Translations under genes and position numbers: made by a program | Notes under the pieces: generated by a model | What the model saw: only the letters and a program-made list of their open reading frames with translations | What the model was told of the DNA's origin: nothing | The model's database searches: none | IMG/VR virus record: IMGVR_UViG_3300031994_000023 | Span: 77,780 to 141,779 of that record | Strand: one strand, 5' to 3' | Source of the DNA: a virus | Taxonomy: Duplodnaviria; Caudoviricetes | DNA: 64,000 nucleotides | Shown here: in pieces, positions 9,486 through 19,432 of the stretch | How the letters are laid out: each line of letters starts with the position of its first letter | Numbering within the stretch: position 1 is the stretch's first letter

Positions 9486-10433
9486 TTATAACTTGCTATC
9501 CATGAATGCCACCACTTCATCAACAGAATTTGCATTATACACAACATCCGCCAACTCTGCCAACTCCTTATGAGACTTTCTCCAATCACCATAAGGCATG
9601 TCATTACCTGGATTAGAAGGGTCTTCAATCATTGCAAGATGTCGTGTACTCTTATCTGACCAATATCTCATAGGCATAACCGCTTCCGCCAAGTTTTCAC
9701 AATAATATTTCCTATTCTCATCAGGGTCAGATGAATTTTTATAACTTAAACTATACCCCGAAGCTGCACTTTTATCCGAAATTTTCATGAAATAAGGATG
9801 ATTTGAGATTATTCCACCACCATTAAGTGCACCTTTTCCTCCGAAATCCAATCTATGCACATGCTCATGTAACATTGTATGTCCTAAATCATAACTAGTA
9901 CCTTGACCTATTTGGAACAATGGTGTAACACTTATATAAATCTCATTGTCTTCTGTGTAATAGTTTTGGTCAGAATATGCGAATATTACTTTTCCACCAT
10001 TTGCATGGAATAAATCTGGTTGATTATTTATTTCATCTAAGATTGATGAAAAACGGTATGCTGAATCGAATGGGTTGATTGGTATTTCATCTTCCACAAA
10101 TTCTAGGTATCTGTCAGATATGAAATATATTTGATTGTCTTGTCGTAATGTTATTCCATTTATTCCTTCATGTTCGTATTCTGGTAATATTTCGAATCCT
10201 GCATTTTGTATGTCATAGTATAAGTCGTAGTATGCGTCAATGTCAAGTGTTTCTTCGTCAACCGTTTTGCTTTTTTCTGCCAGAAAATCTTCGACATCAT
10301 CTACTGATTCCATATTATAGTATTCATCTAATGAAGGGTCGTATGTTTTTTCTTGTTCGTCGAATGTTTCTTCGTATTCTTCCTCTGTCTCAGAAACGGT
10401 TGTTGTGGAACCACCACCATATTTACTTGCCAT
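9486..10433 (-). CDS. MASK-tag zincin metallopeptidase
   Basis: HEHVHRLD, SGYS and ENLAE motifs; close paralog of 10477..11433. Confidence 0.75.
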   Translation of the reverse strand: MASKYGGGSTTTVSETEEEYEETFDEQEKTYDPSLDEYYNMESVDDVEDFLAEKSKTVDEETLDIDAYYDLYYDIQNAGFEILPEYEHEGINGITLRQDNQIYFISDRYLEFVEDEIPINPFDSAYRFSSILDEINNQPDLFHANGGKVIFAYSDQNYYTEDNEIYISVTPLFQIGQGTSYDLGHTMLHEHVHRLDFGGKGALNGGGIISNHPYFMKISDKSAASGYSLSYKNSSDPDENRKYYCENLAEAVMPMRYWSDKSTRHLAMIEDPSNPGNDMPYGDWRKSHKELAELADVVYNANSVDEVVAFMDSKL

Positions 10434-10476
10434 TTTTTTTATGTTCCTTCCGTTAAAGTTTTATATTTTTTTTTGT

Positions 10477-11433
10477 CTAAAAGTATTCATCCATATATTC
10501 ATCTTTTAAGTGTTGTGGATATGATTCCCATTTTTTGTCCAAGAATGACACTATCTCATCTAATGAATTAGAAGAATAAACTTTCTCTGCAACCTCTGCT
10601 AATTCCGTGTGTGTTTTCCTCCAGTTCCCATAGGGTATGTCTTCTCCTGTGTCAGGGTCACTAATCATAGCCATATGTCTTGTAGATTTATTCGCATAAT
10701 ATCTCATAGGCATAACAGATTCCGCCAAATTCTCTCCAAAGTAATTTTGCCAATCTAATGGATTATCACTTTCTTTGTAAGATTTACTGTATGCCGATGC
10801 AGGACTGCTATTTGAAATTGCCCTAAAATATGGATGTCCAGATATAAGTCCTTCACGTTGTTGTTTTCCTTGTTCAAAATCAAGCCTATGTATATGTTCA
10901 TGAAGAATAGTTTGCCCTATTGAACCAGAAGTTCCTTTTTTATCATTGTCGAGCATGGTTGTACTGAGAGTAATTTCATTACTATAAGGGTCATAATAAT
11001 TTTGGAAGGTGTCTTCTAAACGTACAAGACCACCCATTGACTTAATTAATGGAGGATGTGAATCAAACTCTGCTAGAATATCTTTTAAAGAGTAATCTGT
11101 CTGATAATCAAGGGTTCCTCTCTTTTCGTTAAGGTAGTCCTTGTATTCATCAGATAAAAAATAAACATTATTATCTTTTCGGAACATTATCCCATCAACA
11201 CCATCATAGGAAAATGTTGGAAGAACTTCATAACTGTTTGCAGTTAATGCGTCATAAATCTGAGCTAATTCTTGTTTAATTTCTGGTTCATCCACTCCCA
11301 TTTCTTCCATTTTGGTGTTTATAAAATCTTCTTTCCCCATTTCTTTCATATCATAATATGAAGATAGTGAAGGGTCACGGAGATTCAATGTACTCTCCGA
11401 TGAAAGTAGAATAGAACTATATTTACTTGCCAT
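10477..11433 (-). CDS. MASK-tag zincin metallopeptidase
   Basis: HEHIHRLD, SAYS and ENLAE motifs; shares VMPMRY..KSTRH with 9486..10433 (tandem duplication). Confidence 0.75.
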   Translation of the reverse strand: MASKYSSILLSSESTLNLRDPSLSSYYDMKEMGKEDFINTKMEEMGVDEPEIKQELAQIYDALTANSYEVLPTFSYDGVDGIMFRKDNNVYFLSDEYKDYLNEKRGTLDYQTDYSLKDILAEFDSHPPLIKSMGGLVRLEDTFQNYYDPYSNEITLSTTMLDNDKKGTSGSIGQTILHEHIHRLDFEQGKQQREGLISGHPYFRAISNSSPASAYSKSYKESDNPLDWQNYFGENLAESVMPMRYYANKSTRHMAMISDPDTGEDIPYGNWRKTHTELAEVAEKVYSSNSLDEIVSFLDKKWESYPQHLKDEYMDEYF

Positions 11434-11469
11434 TGTTTTTTTTTATAGTGTCTCTTTTAAAATTTACTC

Positions 11470-12060
11470 TTATGCCTCTTCAATATAAATTAAGCGTACT
11501 TTTTCGTTTTCCCTCAGTTCTTCATGAGTAGTATTTTTCCTGTCAAAGAAATCATAATAATTAACTGTTTTAATATCCTTAACAAGCCACCCCTCACCTT
11601 TACCGTCACCCCTCACTAAACGTTCTGCCTGACCATATTCTTCTTGATAATAGTCAAGAGAAAACATGGGAGTACCTTTCGGTGCGATGAATATATTGTA
11701 GGGAGCATTGTTTAATTGTCTGTATCGGGGGTTTCTGAATATTTCAACAACACCCTCTTGAAACGAAGAGAAATCTTCACTAAACGATTTAAGTGTTCCT
11801 GTGAAGAATACGGAATCTCCAATTTTCAAGTTATCATGTTCATTTTCATACGCTTCATCTCCATAGTTTGTATTGGATGGAGTGCTAAATCTATACAATA
11901 CATCTTCTGATGGTTCCATATGGTCAAGTATATACTGTTCTTGTTCGGGGCTAAAAAGATTGCCATCACCCGAAACCCATTTATCGAATGTTTCCAGATT
12001 ATCTTGGATATATTGGTCAGATAATTGTGATTGTAGTGTCACATTGCCCTTGCTCGTCAT
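11470..12060 (-). CDS. MASK-tag (MTSK) ADP-ribosyltransferase-like protein
   Basis: R-S-E type motifs in the expected order: VLYR, SFS, QAE. Confidence 0.55.
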   Translation of the reverse strand: MTSKGNVTLQSQLSDQYIQDNLETFDKWVSGDGNLFSPEQEQYILDHMEPSEDVLYRFSTPSNTNYGDEAYENEHDNLKIGDSVFFTGTLKSFSEDFSSFQEGVVEIFRNPRYRQLNNAPYNIFIAPKGTPMFSLDYYQEEYGQAERLVRGDGKGEGWLVKDIKTVNYYDFFDRKNTTHEELRENEKVRLIYIEEA

Positions 12061-12151
12061 ACTCCTCTTCTTCTTCTTTTTTTTGTTCTGAACCTTTCTT
12101 TTTCCTTAGATTAACAAGTTATACTCCTAATATAAGACTATTTGACATGTT

Positions 12152-13672
12152 TTACATTATAATTTTTGTTCGTTTATGAGTCCATTGTCGAGCACTGCCG
12201 GTGAGACTATCCACAATGTCATCACGTTCACCTTCCACACCCGTGAAACTAATTAATTGTTCAATCATCTTATTATTCCATGGGGCACGAACGAATTTAA
12301 CACAACGACTTTCTGCCAAATTTTCCAAAGCGAAACTACGAATATTCTTTGCACCACGCACTTTATCACCACGAATATTCCATAACTTAAGACGAGGATG
12401 ATTTGCAAAACTGTTAATAAGAATTCGACTACCACTACCAGGCTCTTCCTCAATCCTTATTCTCACATGTCTACCATCCTTCAATGCAATTCTCATAAAT
12501 GTTTCATTAACCATTTTCGGAGTGAAATTCCCATTTACAAGGTCGAGAACATAGAGTGTTTCGCCATCATACGCAGTTAACACACCACTAGTTTCATCAC
12601 CTTCAGGTTTATAGTTTGCCTTGGTTTTCTTGTTAGCTGCGAAATCCCAGTATCTCATCCGAGGTATTCCTTCGGGTACTTCATCTTTTTCTATTATGCA
12701 TGTAGGCACCACTCCATCTTCATCGTAGAACCATTCTCTTCGGAACACATATCCTTGTCTTACGGTAGGGTTGCCTTGATATACTGCGTTGAAGAGGTAA
12801 GAACCCATACTTCTCTTGGCTTCCATTAACACATTAATATCCCTTTGTTCTTCCCACAAGACTTCTCCTTCTTTTCTTCCTAGAAGGTCACGAGAAGGGT
12901 CTTCACATATTGCGGGGAAGTTAACATCAACCCATACTTCTTGAGGTATTGCCCCACCTTTCCTTAAAATCTCTAATGCCTCTTTAGCATCAATTGTTGG
13001 CTCATTTCGTTGAATGATTCCCTGCAAATCATTGATATGTAAACGTTGTGCGATTATGAGCATTATGGGTGGTAGTCCATTACTACGTTTTTGTAAACGA
13101 GTTTTTGCAGTTGCCTCAAACCATGACCTTAATTTATCTTGCAATACAGGACTTTCCGCTTCGGCAATGTTTTTAATAGGGTCGTCAATTATGAAGAGCC
13201 CCGCACCGAAACCGAGGATAGAACCGGCAGCACCTACACTTAACATTTGTCCTTCAAATGGTTTTTGCATGTGAAACTTGTTTTTTGCCTTACTATCTGT
13301 TGCAAGTCCCGCTTTAAGAAGTGTTTGGTCACTATAATAGTTAAGAATGTCTTTTACTTCTCCTCCGAATTCACTGGCTAAACCCTGTGAATAAGAGGAT
13401 AAAATCACCTGCTCATTTGGGAAGTTTGCAAGGAAATATGAACAAAATATTTTACTTATGAGTGTGGATTTTCCGTGTCGTGGTGGTACGGAGAGCATGA
13501 GTTTGGAGACTTTACCTTGGATGGCATAATAAAGAAATTCTATGATTATTTTGTCAAAGTCTCTTGGTTTCCATGTTCCATTGGTTATTAATTTACCCCA
13601 CATTGCAATATTTATGGAGGCAGGGTTGTACAAATCGTTAGGTAATTTTTTATCTATTTCTGTTTCGGTCAT
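12152..13672 (-). CDS. terL: Terminase large subunit
   Basis: Walker A PPRHGKS, Walker B IIDDP, YQGNP, nuclease motifs RYWDFA and DDIVDS. Confidence 0.95.
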   Translation of the reverse strand: MTETEIDKKLPNDLYNPASINIAMWGKLITNGTWKPRDFDKIIIEFLYYAIQGKVSKLMLSVPPRHGKSTLISKIFCSYFLANFPNEQVILSSYSQGLASEFGGEVKDILNYYSDQTLLKAGLATDSKAKNKFHMQKPFEGQMLSVGAAGSILGFGAGLFIIDDPIKNIAEAESPVLQDKLRSWFEATAKTRLQKRSNGLPPIMLIIAQRLHINDLQGIIQRNEPTIDAKEALEILRKGGAIPQEVWVDVNFPAICEDPSRDLLGRKEGEVLWEEQRDINVLMEAKRSMGSYLFNAVYQGNPTVRQGYVFRREWFYDEDGVVPTCIIEKDEVPEGIPRMRYWDFAANKKTKANYKPEGDETSGVLTAYDGETLYVLDLVNGNFTPKMVNETFMRIALKDGRHVRIRIEEEPGSGSRILINSFANHPRLKLWNIRGDKVRGAKNIRSFALENLAESRCVKFVRAPWNNKMIEQLISFTGVEGERDDIVDSLTGSARQWTHKRTKIIM

Positions 13673-13776
13673 GGTTCAATTATAAAAAAAAATGTTGGTT
13701 TTATTCTAATGTTTCTTCTTCTTTAGTGAGGAATTTCCTTTTTCCGAGAGGGGGGTGTGTGTGTCGTGTAGTTTTT

Positions 13777-14292
13777 TTATCTGTCTTCGTATCCGTCACG
13801 TAACCAACCATATGCTGTCACCCTATCACTATCCGGATGGTCTCTTAGATATTGGTACATGTCTTGGAGGTTCTGTTCGACATGTTGTTGAACATTTTGT
13901 TGATAGTACCTTTCAAATTGTGCGTATGATTTGAAAGCATGTTGGTATGGAAGATATTCTGCATCATACAGTTGGTGTAATCTGTCACGAGGATAATTTA
14001 AACCTTCTATACGACCTAGCTGTTCGGGATTAAACCTGTTTCTCTGAACATCAACAGTTAAATATTGTTCTAATTCTCTGTCAATTTCACCTTTGGTCAT
14101 GTATCTACTGACTGGTGTGAGGTCTATTGTTTCACCATCTACTTCTACGGTTGTGGATGGATTATTCCATCTTTCTGCTCTTGCAGGGTTTGTGTCTGTT
14201 GCAACACTATTCAAATATGTTGGGTAGTCGTCTATTCCTGTGTCTTCATAGGAGGCTCCTCCACCACCCCCGCCTTCTCCTTTACTAGCCAT
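13777..14292 (-). CDS. MASK-tag protein, long-leader subfamily
   Basis: Leader MASKGEGGGGGGASYEDTGIDDYPTYLNS. Confidence 0.75.
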   Translation of the reverse strand: MASKGEGGGGGGASYEDTGIDDYPTYLNSVATDTNPARAERWNNPSTTVEVDGETIDLTPVSRYMTKGEIDRELEQYLTVDVQRNRFNPEQLGRIEGLNYPRDRLHQLYDAEYLPYQHAFKSYAQFERYYQQNVQQHVEQNLQDMYQYLRDHPDSDRVTAYGWLRDGYEDR

Positions 14293-14761
14293 TTAATTTC
14301 TCCTGTATCATATTGTTAAGGTCTTCTTTGAATTCGCCTCGTAAAAACTTATTCGTATCTCTTTGATTACGATATTCCTTGTTATACTGATAAATATAAG
14401 ATTCAACCATGTGGTCAACAACTTCCTCTGGTGTTATATCACCATTTTTTTGTATAGTACGGTTAACTCTATTTACAACTTGATTTTCATAAGGAATTTG
14501 ATATACTTCTAAACCGAAAGCTTGGTCAAAAGAGAACATTTCATCAAAACCAGTAGATTCTCTTCGGGTAACAATACTAATAACCCTATCCGCTAAGCCC
14601 TCTATATCAATATCAGATTCACCATAGTTACTATGAAAATTATGATACTTCTCTTTTAACCCATTAGTGTTCACTGTTTCAGAGTTAAGATAAATAGGAT
14701 AATCGTCTAGTCCTGTGTCTGTGTAGGAAGCACCACCACCACTACCATTTTTACTTGCCAT
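14285..14761 (-). CDS. MASK-tag protein, long-leader subfamily (start reassigned to 14761)
   Basis: Internal Met gives MASKNGSGGGASYTDTGLDDYPIYLNSE; overlaps the stop of the upstream terminase small subunit. Confidence 0.75.
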   Translation of the reverse strand: MASKNGSGGGASYTDTGLDDYPIYLNSETVNTNGLKEKYHNFHSNYGESDIDIEGLADRVISIVTRRESTGFDEMFSFDQAFGLEVYQIPYENQVVNRVNRTIQKNGDITPEEVVDHMVESYIYQYNKEYRNQRDTNKFLRGEFKEDLNNMIQEKLNG

Positions 14762-15431
14762 CTTTTCTACTATTACCCTCTTGTTTAACCATTTCATTGA
14801 TAATATCTAACTGTTTATCAATAAATCTCTTATCCATTATTGCCTCAGTGAATTCAGCATACCTTTTACTGGTATCTTCGTCACGTGTCGTGTTAACATC
14901 TGCATCAACAATAACCTCTTGTGTGTCCTGAATCATTTCAGGTAATCCAAGGAATCTTAAGGCAAGTTTACTTGTCACAGCATTGGCGTTGGAAAGATTC
15001 TGAATACTATTAGCGACGGTTGTACTGTTAACACGATTGTTCGGTTCAAATTCACCTGTTTTAGGATTAGGTATGAGTCCGAGGTCTATCATTAATTGTC
15101 CTAGTACTGCATCCGTTGCTTGATGGTATTGGTCAAGTTGTTCTAATCGTTTATCAAAATAAGCGTCTTGTTCTTGTTTTAGTCTTTCATTTCTTAGGTA
15201 GACGTCGTATTCGTCTTTTTGGTTGGCTCTGTCCACCCAGTGATATTTACTACTGTACACTTTTAGTTGTTGTAGGCTTATGTCATTGTTGTGTTTGGCT
15301 CTTGTTTTGTTTAGTGTACGGTTTGGTCCAAGGTTAAGGTAGGTGTTGAAGTAGGTGAACGCTTTTTGCGTTTCATTCTTCATCCTTTCTGACCATGAAT
15401 AATTTTCGTCTTTATTGTCTTTTTTTGACAT
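14751..15431 (-). CDS. Probable terminase small subunit
   Basis: ETQKAFTYFNTYLNLGPNRTL...SSKYHWVDRA HTH-like pattern seen in small terminases; lies upstream of terL. Confidence 0.6.
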   Translation of the reverse strand: MSKKDNKDENYSWSERMKNETQKAFTYFNTYLNLGPNRTLNKTRAKHNNDISLQQLKVYSSKYHWVDRANQKDEYDVYLRNERLKQEQDAYFDKRLEQLDQYHQATDAVLGQLMIDLGLIPNPKTGEFEPNNRVNSTTVANSIQNLSNANAVTSKLALRFLGLPEMIQDTQEVIVDADVNTTRDEDTSKRYAEFTEAIMDKRFIDKQLDIINEMVKQEGNSRKDGK

Positions 15432-15591
15432 TTTTCCTTCCTTTTTCAGAGTATTCTATTGTATCTTCTTCTAATATTGGGTTATGAACATTTCCGTCTG
15501 CGTCTATGGTTTCGAGAATGTATCCTTCTTCATCATTGAGTATACTGTATTCTCCATCCCTAGTTACTTTGCTCAAAATTTTTTCAATCAT
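15412..15591 (-). CDS. Hypothetical 59-aa protein (below the ORF-track cutoff)
   Basis: Manual translation MIEKILSKVTRDGEYSILNDEEGYILETID...; overlaps the start of the small terminase. Confidence 0.4.
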   Translation of the reverse strand: MIEKILSKVTRDGEYSILNDEEGYILETIDADGNVHNPILEEDTIEYSEKGRKNVKKRQ

Positions 15592-15673
15592 GTATATAAG
15601 ATATGTGTTAAATTAAAGTTTACAAAAAATAATAAAAAAAAAAATAATAATAGGGAGGAGAGGATGCTTTTAT

Positions 15674-16081
15674 CTAAAGGTAAATCTGGAAATCTTCTTG
15701 TCGTGCAGGTTGAGGAATAACTACTCTTCCCCCACTTCGTGGACGGAATATTCTATTAAATAAGTTTTGATAATTTCCTGTTTCATAGGCTTCTCGAAGG
15801 TCTTCTACGGGGATTTCTCCACCGATTATTACATTTCCTGCATGGTCATATGCTGCCTCATCCATTTCCCCTAAATTATCCCTTATTGCCCTTCTTAAAC
15901 CTATGTCAAATGTATGGGTTTCATCATCATCTATTTCTTCCAAGAAGTTATCTAGTTCTTCTTGTGTGTCTCCTGCGGGTGTTGTTCCTGCTTCTGTGTT
16001 AAGGTATGTTGGATAATCGTCTATTCCGGTGTCTTCGTAGGAGGCTCCTCCACCTCCACCACCTTCTCCTTTACTAGCCAT
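15674..16081 (-). CDS. MASK-tag protein, long-leader subfamily
   Basis: Leader MASKGEGGGGGGASYEDTGIDDYPTYLNTE. Confidence 0.75.
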   Translation of the reverse strand: MASKGEGGGGGGASYEDTGIDDYPTYLNTEAGTTPAGDTQEELDNFLEEIDDDETHTFDIGLRRAIRDNLGEMDEAAYDHAGNVIIGGEIPVEDLREAYETGNYQNLFNRIFRPRSGGRVVIPQPARQEDFQIYL

Positions 16082-16095
16082 TGATTATTCCCTCT

Positions 16096-16365
16096 TTATC
16101 CTCTGTTTCCTCTGTTATTTCCACTCTTACTCATATTTATTCTGTCGTCGACAGTACGAGTACCTTCATTTTCATTTATACCTGGTGCTCCCTCACGACC
16201 CATAAGTCTGTCTATGAAGTCATCTACATCTGCATTTACATTTCCTGCGGGTGTGACCATTGCAGTTGCTGTTCCGTCGGCTCCACCACTTCTTGGTCCT
16301 CTTGTACGGGTGTTGTCTCCTGCTCCTGTTAGTCCACCGACTCCGTATCCTTGTTTGCTTGCCAT
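16096..16365 (-). CDS. MASK-tag Gly/Arg-rich small protein
   Basis: MASKQGYGVGG start; low complexity, probably disordered. Confidence 0.65.
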   Translation of the reverse strand: MASKQGYGVGGLTGAGDNTRTRGPRSGGADGTATAMVTPAGNVNADVDDFIDRLMGREGAPGINENEGTRTVDDRINMSKSGNNRGNRG

Positions 16366-16436
16366 TATTCTTTAAATTTCTCCTTTTTTTTATTAGTTCG
16401 TCTGTATTTTTATTATTTTGTTTTTTGATTGGGAAA

Positions 16437-17072
16437 TTAGTTTTCCCATAGGTATATTTCGTTTGTGTCTAGAAGGTATAATAGTAGTGTGAATTCGTGT
16501 TCCCATTTTTGCCAGTCGGGGTATATTTTTTTCATTTCGTTGTAGAATGGTGGGTTGTGGTTTAGGCAGTATGTGTGTATTAGTTCGTGGTATACTACAT
16601 GTTCTATGTGTTTTTCGGGGAAGTATTTTAGTAGTATGTTGAATGTTAGTTTGTCTTTGTTTAGGTTGCACCTTCCCCATGACCCGTATAGTTCTTTGTA
16701 TTCTATTTTTTTGGGTTTTTTTAGTTTGGGGTTTGTTTCACAATATTTTTTAATATTTTTTTCTACTATTGTTTTTAGTTGTTCTAGTGTTTTTGGTTCT
16801 AGTTTCAGGTTTTTTTCGTTTATTTCTTTTTGGAATTTGGGTATTAGTTCTTCGTTTATTTTTTTGTATTTTTTTGCCCATGCCTTTGGTTTCCAGTGAT
16901 TGAAGTAGTCGTATACCCATTGGTCGGGTGTGTTTTCGGGTAGTCGTAGTACTATGTGGTCGTGGGCGAATAGTCGTCTGTGTTTTTTAATTCTTTTGTC
17001 GTAAACTATGTTTATTTTGTATGGTTCTTCGTCTATTTTGATGGTTAGGGTTTTGTTTTTTTTGTATTTCAA
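16437..17072 (-). CDS. YgjP/DUF45 (SprT/M48-like) metallopeptidase-domain protein
   Basis: WGRCN..LTFN..L...P...HVVYHELIH...NHNPPFY. Confidence 0.8.
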   Translation of the reverse strand: MKYKKNKTLTIKIDEEPYKINIVYDKRIKKHRRLFAHDHIVLRLPENTPDQWVYDYFNHWKPKAWAKKYKKINEELIPKFQKEINEKNLKLEPKTLEQLKTIVEKNIKKYCETNPKLKKPKKIEYKELYGSWGRCNLNKDKLTFNILLKYFPEKHIEHVVYHELIHTYCLNHNPPFYNEMKKIYPDWQKWEHEFTLLLYLLDTNEIYLWEN

Positions 17073-17089
17073 TTTTGCACCTACTATAA

Positions 17090-17140
17090 TAATATATTTG
17101 TCGTATATATTATAGTATGTATTGCATAGTATTTAAATAT
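17090..17140 (-). promoter_or_regulatory. Repeated viral promoter cassette (TATA plus conserved downstream block), divergent copy
   Basis: Minus strand reads TTTAAATACTATGCAATACATACTATAATATATACGACAAATATATT; matches the copies at 32-63 kb. Confidence 0.6.
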
Positions 17141-17172
17141 TACCAATTACCCCCTACCAAAACACAAAAAAA

Positions 17173-17931
17173 TCAATCCTCATAAAACCGCAGAGACATA
17201 TCCAACATCCGAACCTTCCGTTGCAACCTATCCCTCACCTCACGCTCAAACCTTTTCCTATCCTTACAACTCGAACAAACACCACACGGACGCTCACCAT
17301 TATAATAACAACTCCACGTATCACGAAGGTCAATACCAAAATCCATAGCCATCTCCAAAATCTCATGTTTATTCTTCTTCAACAACGGAGCCCTAATCTG
17401 AACAACCTTCAAATCACTCATCATATTCAACAAATTAAACTGATGAACATACTCCGCACGACAATCCAAATAAACAGGATTCACATCACCAGTAGCACCA
17501 TAATACACCCTCTCATAACCATGTTGCAAAGCGTAACTAGTACCAATACTCAAAAAAGTCGAATTACGGGCAGGAACCAAAGTCTCATCATCCAAAACAT
17601 GATTATTATTAGGAGCGAGATTACCATCAATGGCATAAGAACTAATCTTAACAACTTCATGACTAACATTCAAACGTTCACAATGCCGTTTAGCCATCTG
17701 AATCTCCTTAATTGCCTCCTGCCCATAATCAAAACTAATCACATGCAAAGGCACCTTCTCATTCCATAACCAATAAAGCAGAGTTGTTGTGTCAAGACCA
17801 CCACTCATTAAAAGAATAGAAGGTTTAAGTTCAATTTGACTAACTTCATTCAACATTGTTTCATAAGAAACATTCTGCTTATCCAACACCTTACCCAACC
17901 GTTGACTATGAAATTTATCCGCTACACTCAA
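17173..17931 (-). CDS. queC: 7-cyano-7-deazaguanine synthase QueC-like
   Basis: SGGLD PP-loop, SFDYGQ, VPARN, YLDCR, TWSCY...PCGVCSSC zinc site. Confidence 0.85.
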   Translation of the reverse strand: MSVADKFHSQRLGKVLDKQNVSYETMLNEVSQIELKPSILLMSGGLDTTTLLYWLWNEKVPLHVISFDYGQEAIKEIQMAKRHCERLNVSHEVVKISSYAIDGNLAPNNNHVLDDETLVPARNSTFLSIGTSYALQHGYERVYYGATGDVNPVYLDCRAEYVHQFNLLNMMSDLKVVQIRAPLLKKNKHEILEMAMDFGIDLRDTWSCYYNGERPCGVCSSCKDRKRFEREVRDRLQRKVRMLDMSLRFYED

Positions 17932-17969
17932 AATTATCCATTCCCTCTGTTTATCTCTCTTCTTTTTGT

Positions 17970-18809
17970 TTAATTCACTCTTCTTCTCTTATTCCTTAAT
18001 AAAGTAAAATAAGTTTTCCAATAATTCTTGTAAAACTCTTGCCTCTGCAATTGCTTCAAAAAATATTTTCGCTCATACAAAGGACGATACTTCCTATTCG
18101 TTTCAGGAGTCTTAGGTATACCTGAATGAAAATAATAATCTCTGATGGCACTCATATTCCAACCCGCACTATCAACACTATTAAAGGGTGTTTTCTTTAA
18201 CTGCCTATCGTCATTGATTCCTAAGCCATGAACGTAGCAACCGTGTTTATGAGCGTACTTAACTAACTGAGTATATCCATTAGACGTAATCCCATCATTC
18301 CCACATATACTAATATTATCATACTGACGACACATATGTTTGAATTCATTTATGCCCCATATTGGATGATACACTGCAATAATATTGGGAGTGATGGAAA
18401 GAAGTGCATCTCGTAGATGACGAATAGAAGGCAAACCTAGATAAAGTAAATCCATATCAAAGTAACCTTGTATCCTTTTATCGTTTTTTGTTTCTTTAAC
18501 AAAAGACAAATATTTTTCTATGAATTTCCTTGTTTTTTCTTCTGACTGGGATTTAGCCGAAAAGTTGTAAATATAGGCACCACTATCAATCAGTAACTTC
18601 ACATTAGGGAATTGTTTTAACTTTTCATACTCCCCCCTATGTGCTTGAACCAAGAGATTCATTTTTTTGTTTTGAAAATCATCTACACCCACATAATCAT
18701 GTGCCCTTTTGTCAATTACAGTGTATACATCCATTCCACAATCTTGCTGAATCATAATAATTCTACCATTCATACCCACATTTAGGGCAACGATAATGAT
18801 TGGTTTCAT
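17970..18809 (-). CDS. TGT-fold/DpdA-like transglycosylase (true start probably downstream of 18809)
   Basis: LIDSGAY, FDMD, AVYH, VHGLG and SVDSAGW motifs; lies between queC and a ParB-N gene. Confidence 0.65.
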   Translation of the reverse strand: MKPIIIVALNVGMNGRIIMIQQDCGMDVYTVIDKRAHDYVGVDDFQNKKMNLLVQAHRGEYEKLKQFPNVKLLIDSGAYIYNFSAKSQSEEKTRKFIEKYLSFVKETKNDKRIQGYFDMDLLYLGLPSIRHLRDALLSITPNIIAVYHPIWGINEFKHMCRQYDNISICGNDGITSNGYTQLVKYAHKHGCYVHGLGINDDRQLKKTPFNSVDSAGWNMSAIRDYYFHSGIPKTPETNRKYRPLYERKYFLKQLQRQEFYKNYWKTYFTLLRNKRRRVN

Positions 18810-19401
18810 CCGAACTAACCATTACTTCGTCTAGTACCTCACTCCCACTCTCCAAATGCTCCTTCGTCCGTTCTTCTCTTATTTCACGCCTACCATTACT
18901 TGGGTCTATATCATGACGCAGTTGTGGGGACTCTTCATCAAACAATGTATTGTCAATTTGTATTAACTCATCAATATTGAATGTGGAAAGTTCTACATCA
19001 TCAAAGCCTGTTAAATCCATGTTGAAATTTGAAACTTGTAACTCATTCAATATGTTAGTTAATTTCCCATAATCCCAGTCACCACTAATCTTGTTTAACG
19101 CCAAATTCAAAGCTTTCTCATGTTCATCATCTTTAATAGAGAGTTTATCATCTTCGAACACCCATCCTATGTCCCCAAGTCGTATCATAGAGAAATCTTT
19201 ATCTGCACTTGTCTTGGAGAGTACGTTGTATCGTTGGTGTCCCCCAATAATATGATTATTTTTTAAGTTAACAATTATTGGGTCAACAAGTCCAAATTCT
19301 TTCAAGTTCTCTGCTAATCTTTTTTGTTCGTCGGGTGTGATTATTCTTGGATTATATTCTGCGGGTTGTAATTGATTAAGTTTTATGGTTTCAAATTTCA
19401 T
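18763..19401 (-). CDS. ParB/Srx N-terminal domain protein with C-terminal CxxC
   Basis: AEYNPR, FGLVDPIIVN, IIGGHQR, ALNKISGDWD, CPKCGYEW. Confidence 0.85.
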   Translation of the reverse strand: MKFETIKLNQLQPAEYNPRIITPDEQKRLAENLKEFGLVDPIIVNLKNNHIIGGHQRYNVLSKTSADKDFSMIRLGDIGWVFEDDKLSIKDDEHEKALNLALNKISGDWDYGKLTNILNELQVSNFNMDLTGFDDVELSTFNIDELIQIDNTLFDEESPQLRHDIDPSNGRREIREERTKEHLESGSEVLDEVMVSSDETNHYRCPKCGYEW

Positions 19402-19432
19402 GATAATTTATTATTTTAATGGGTCTTTTTTT

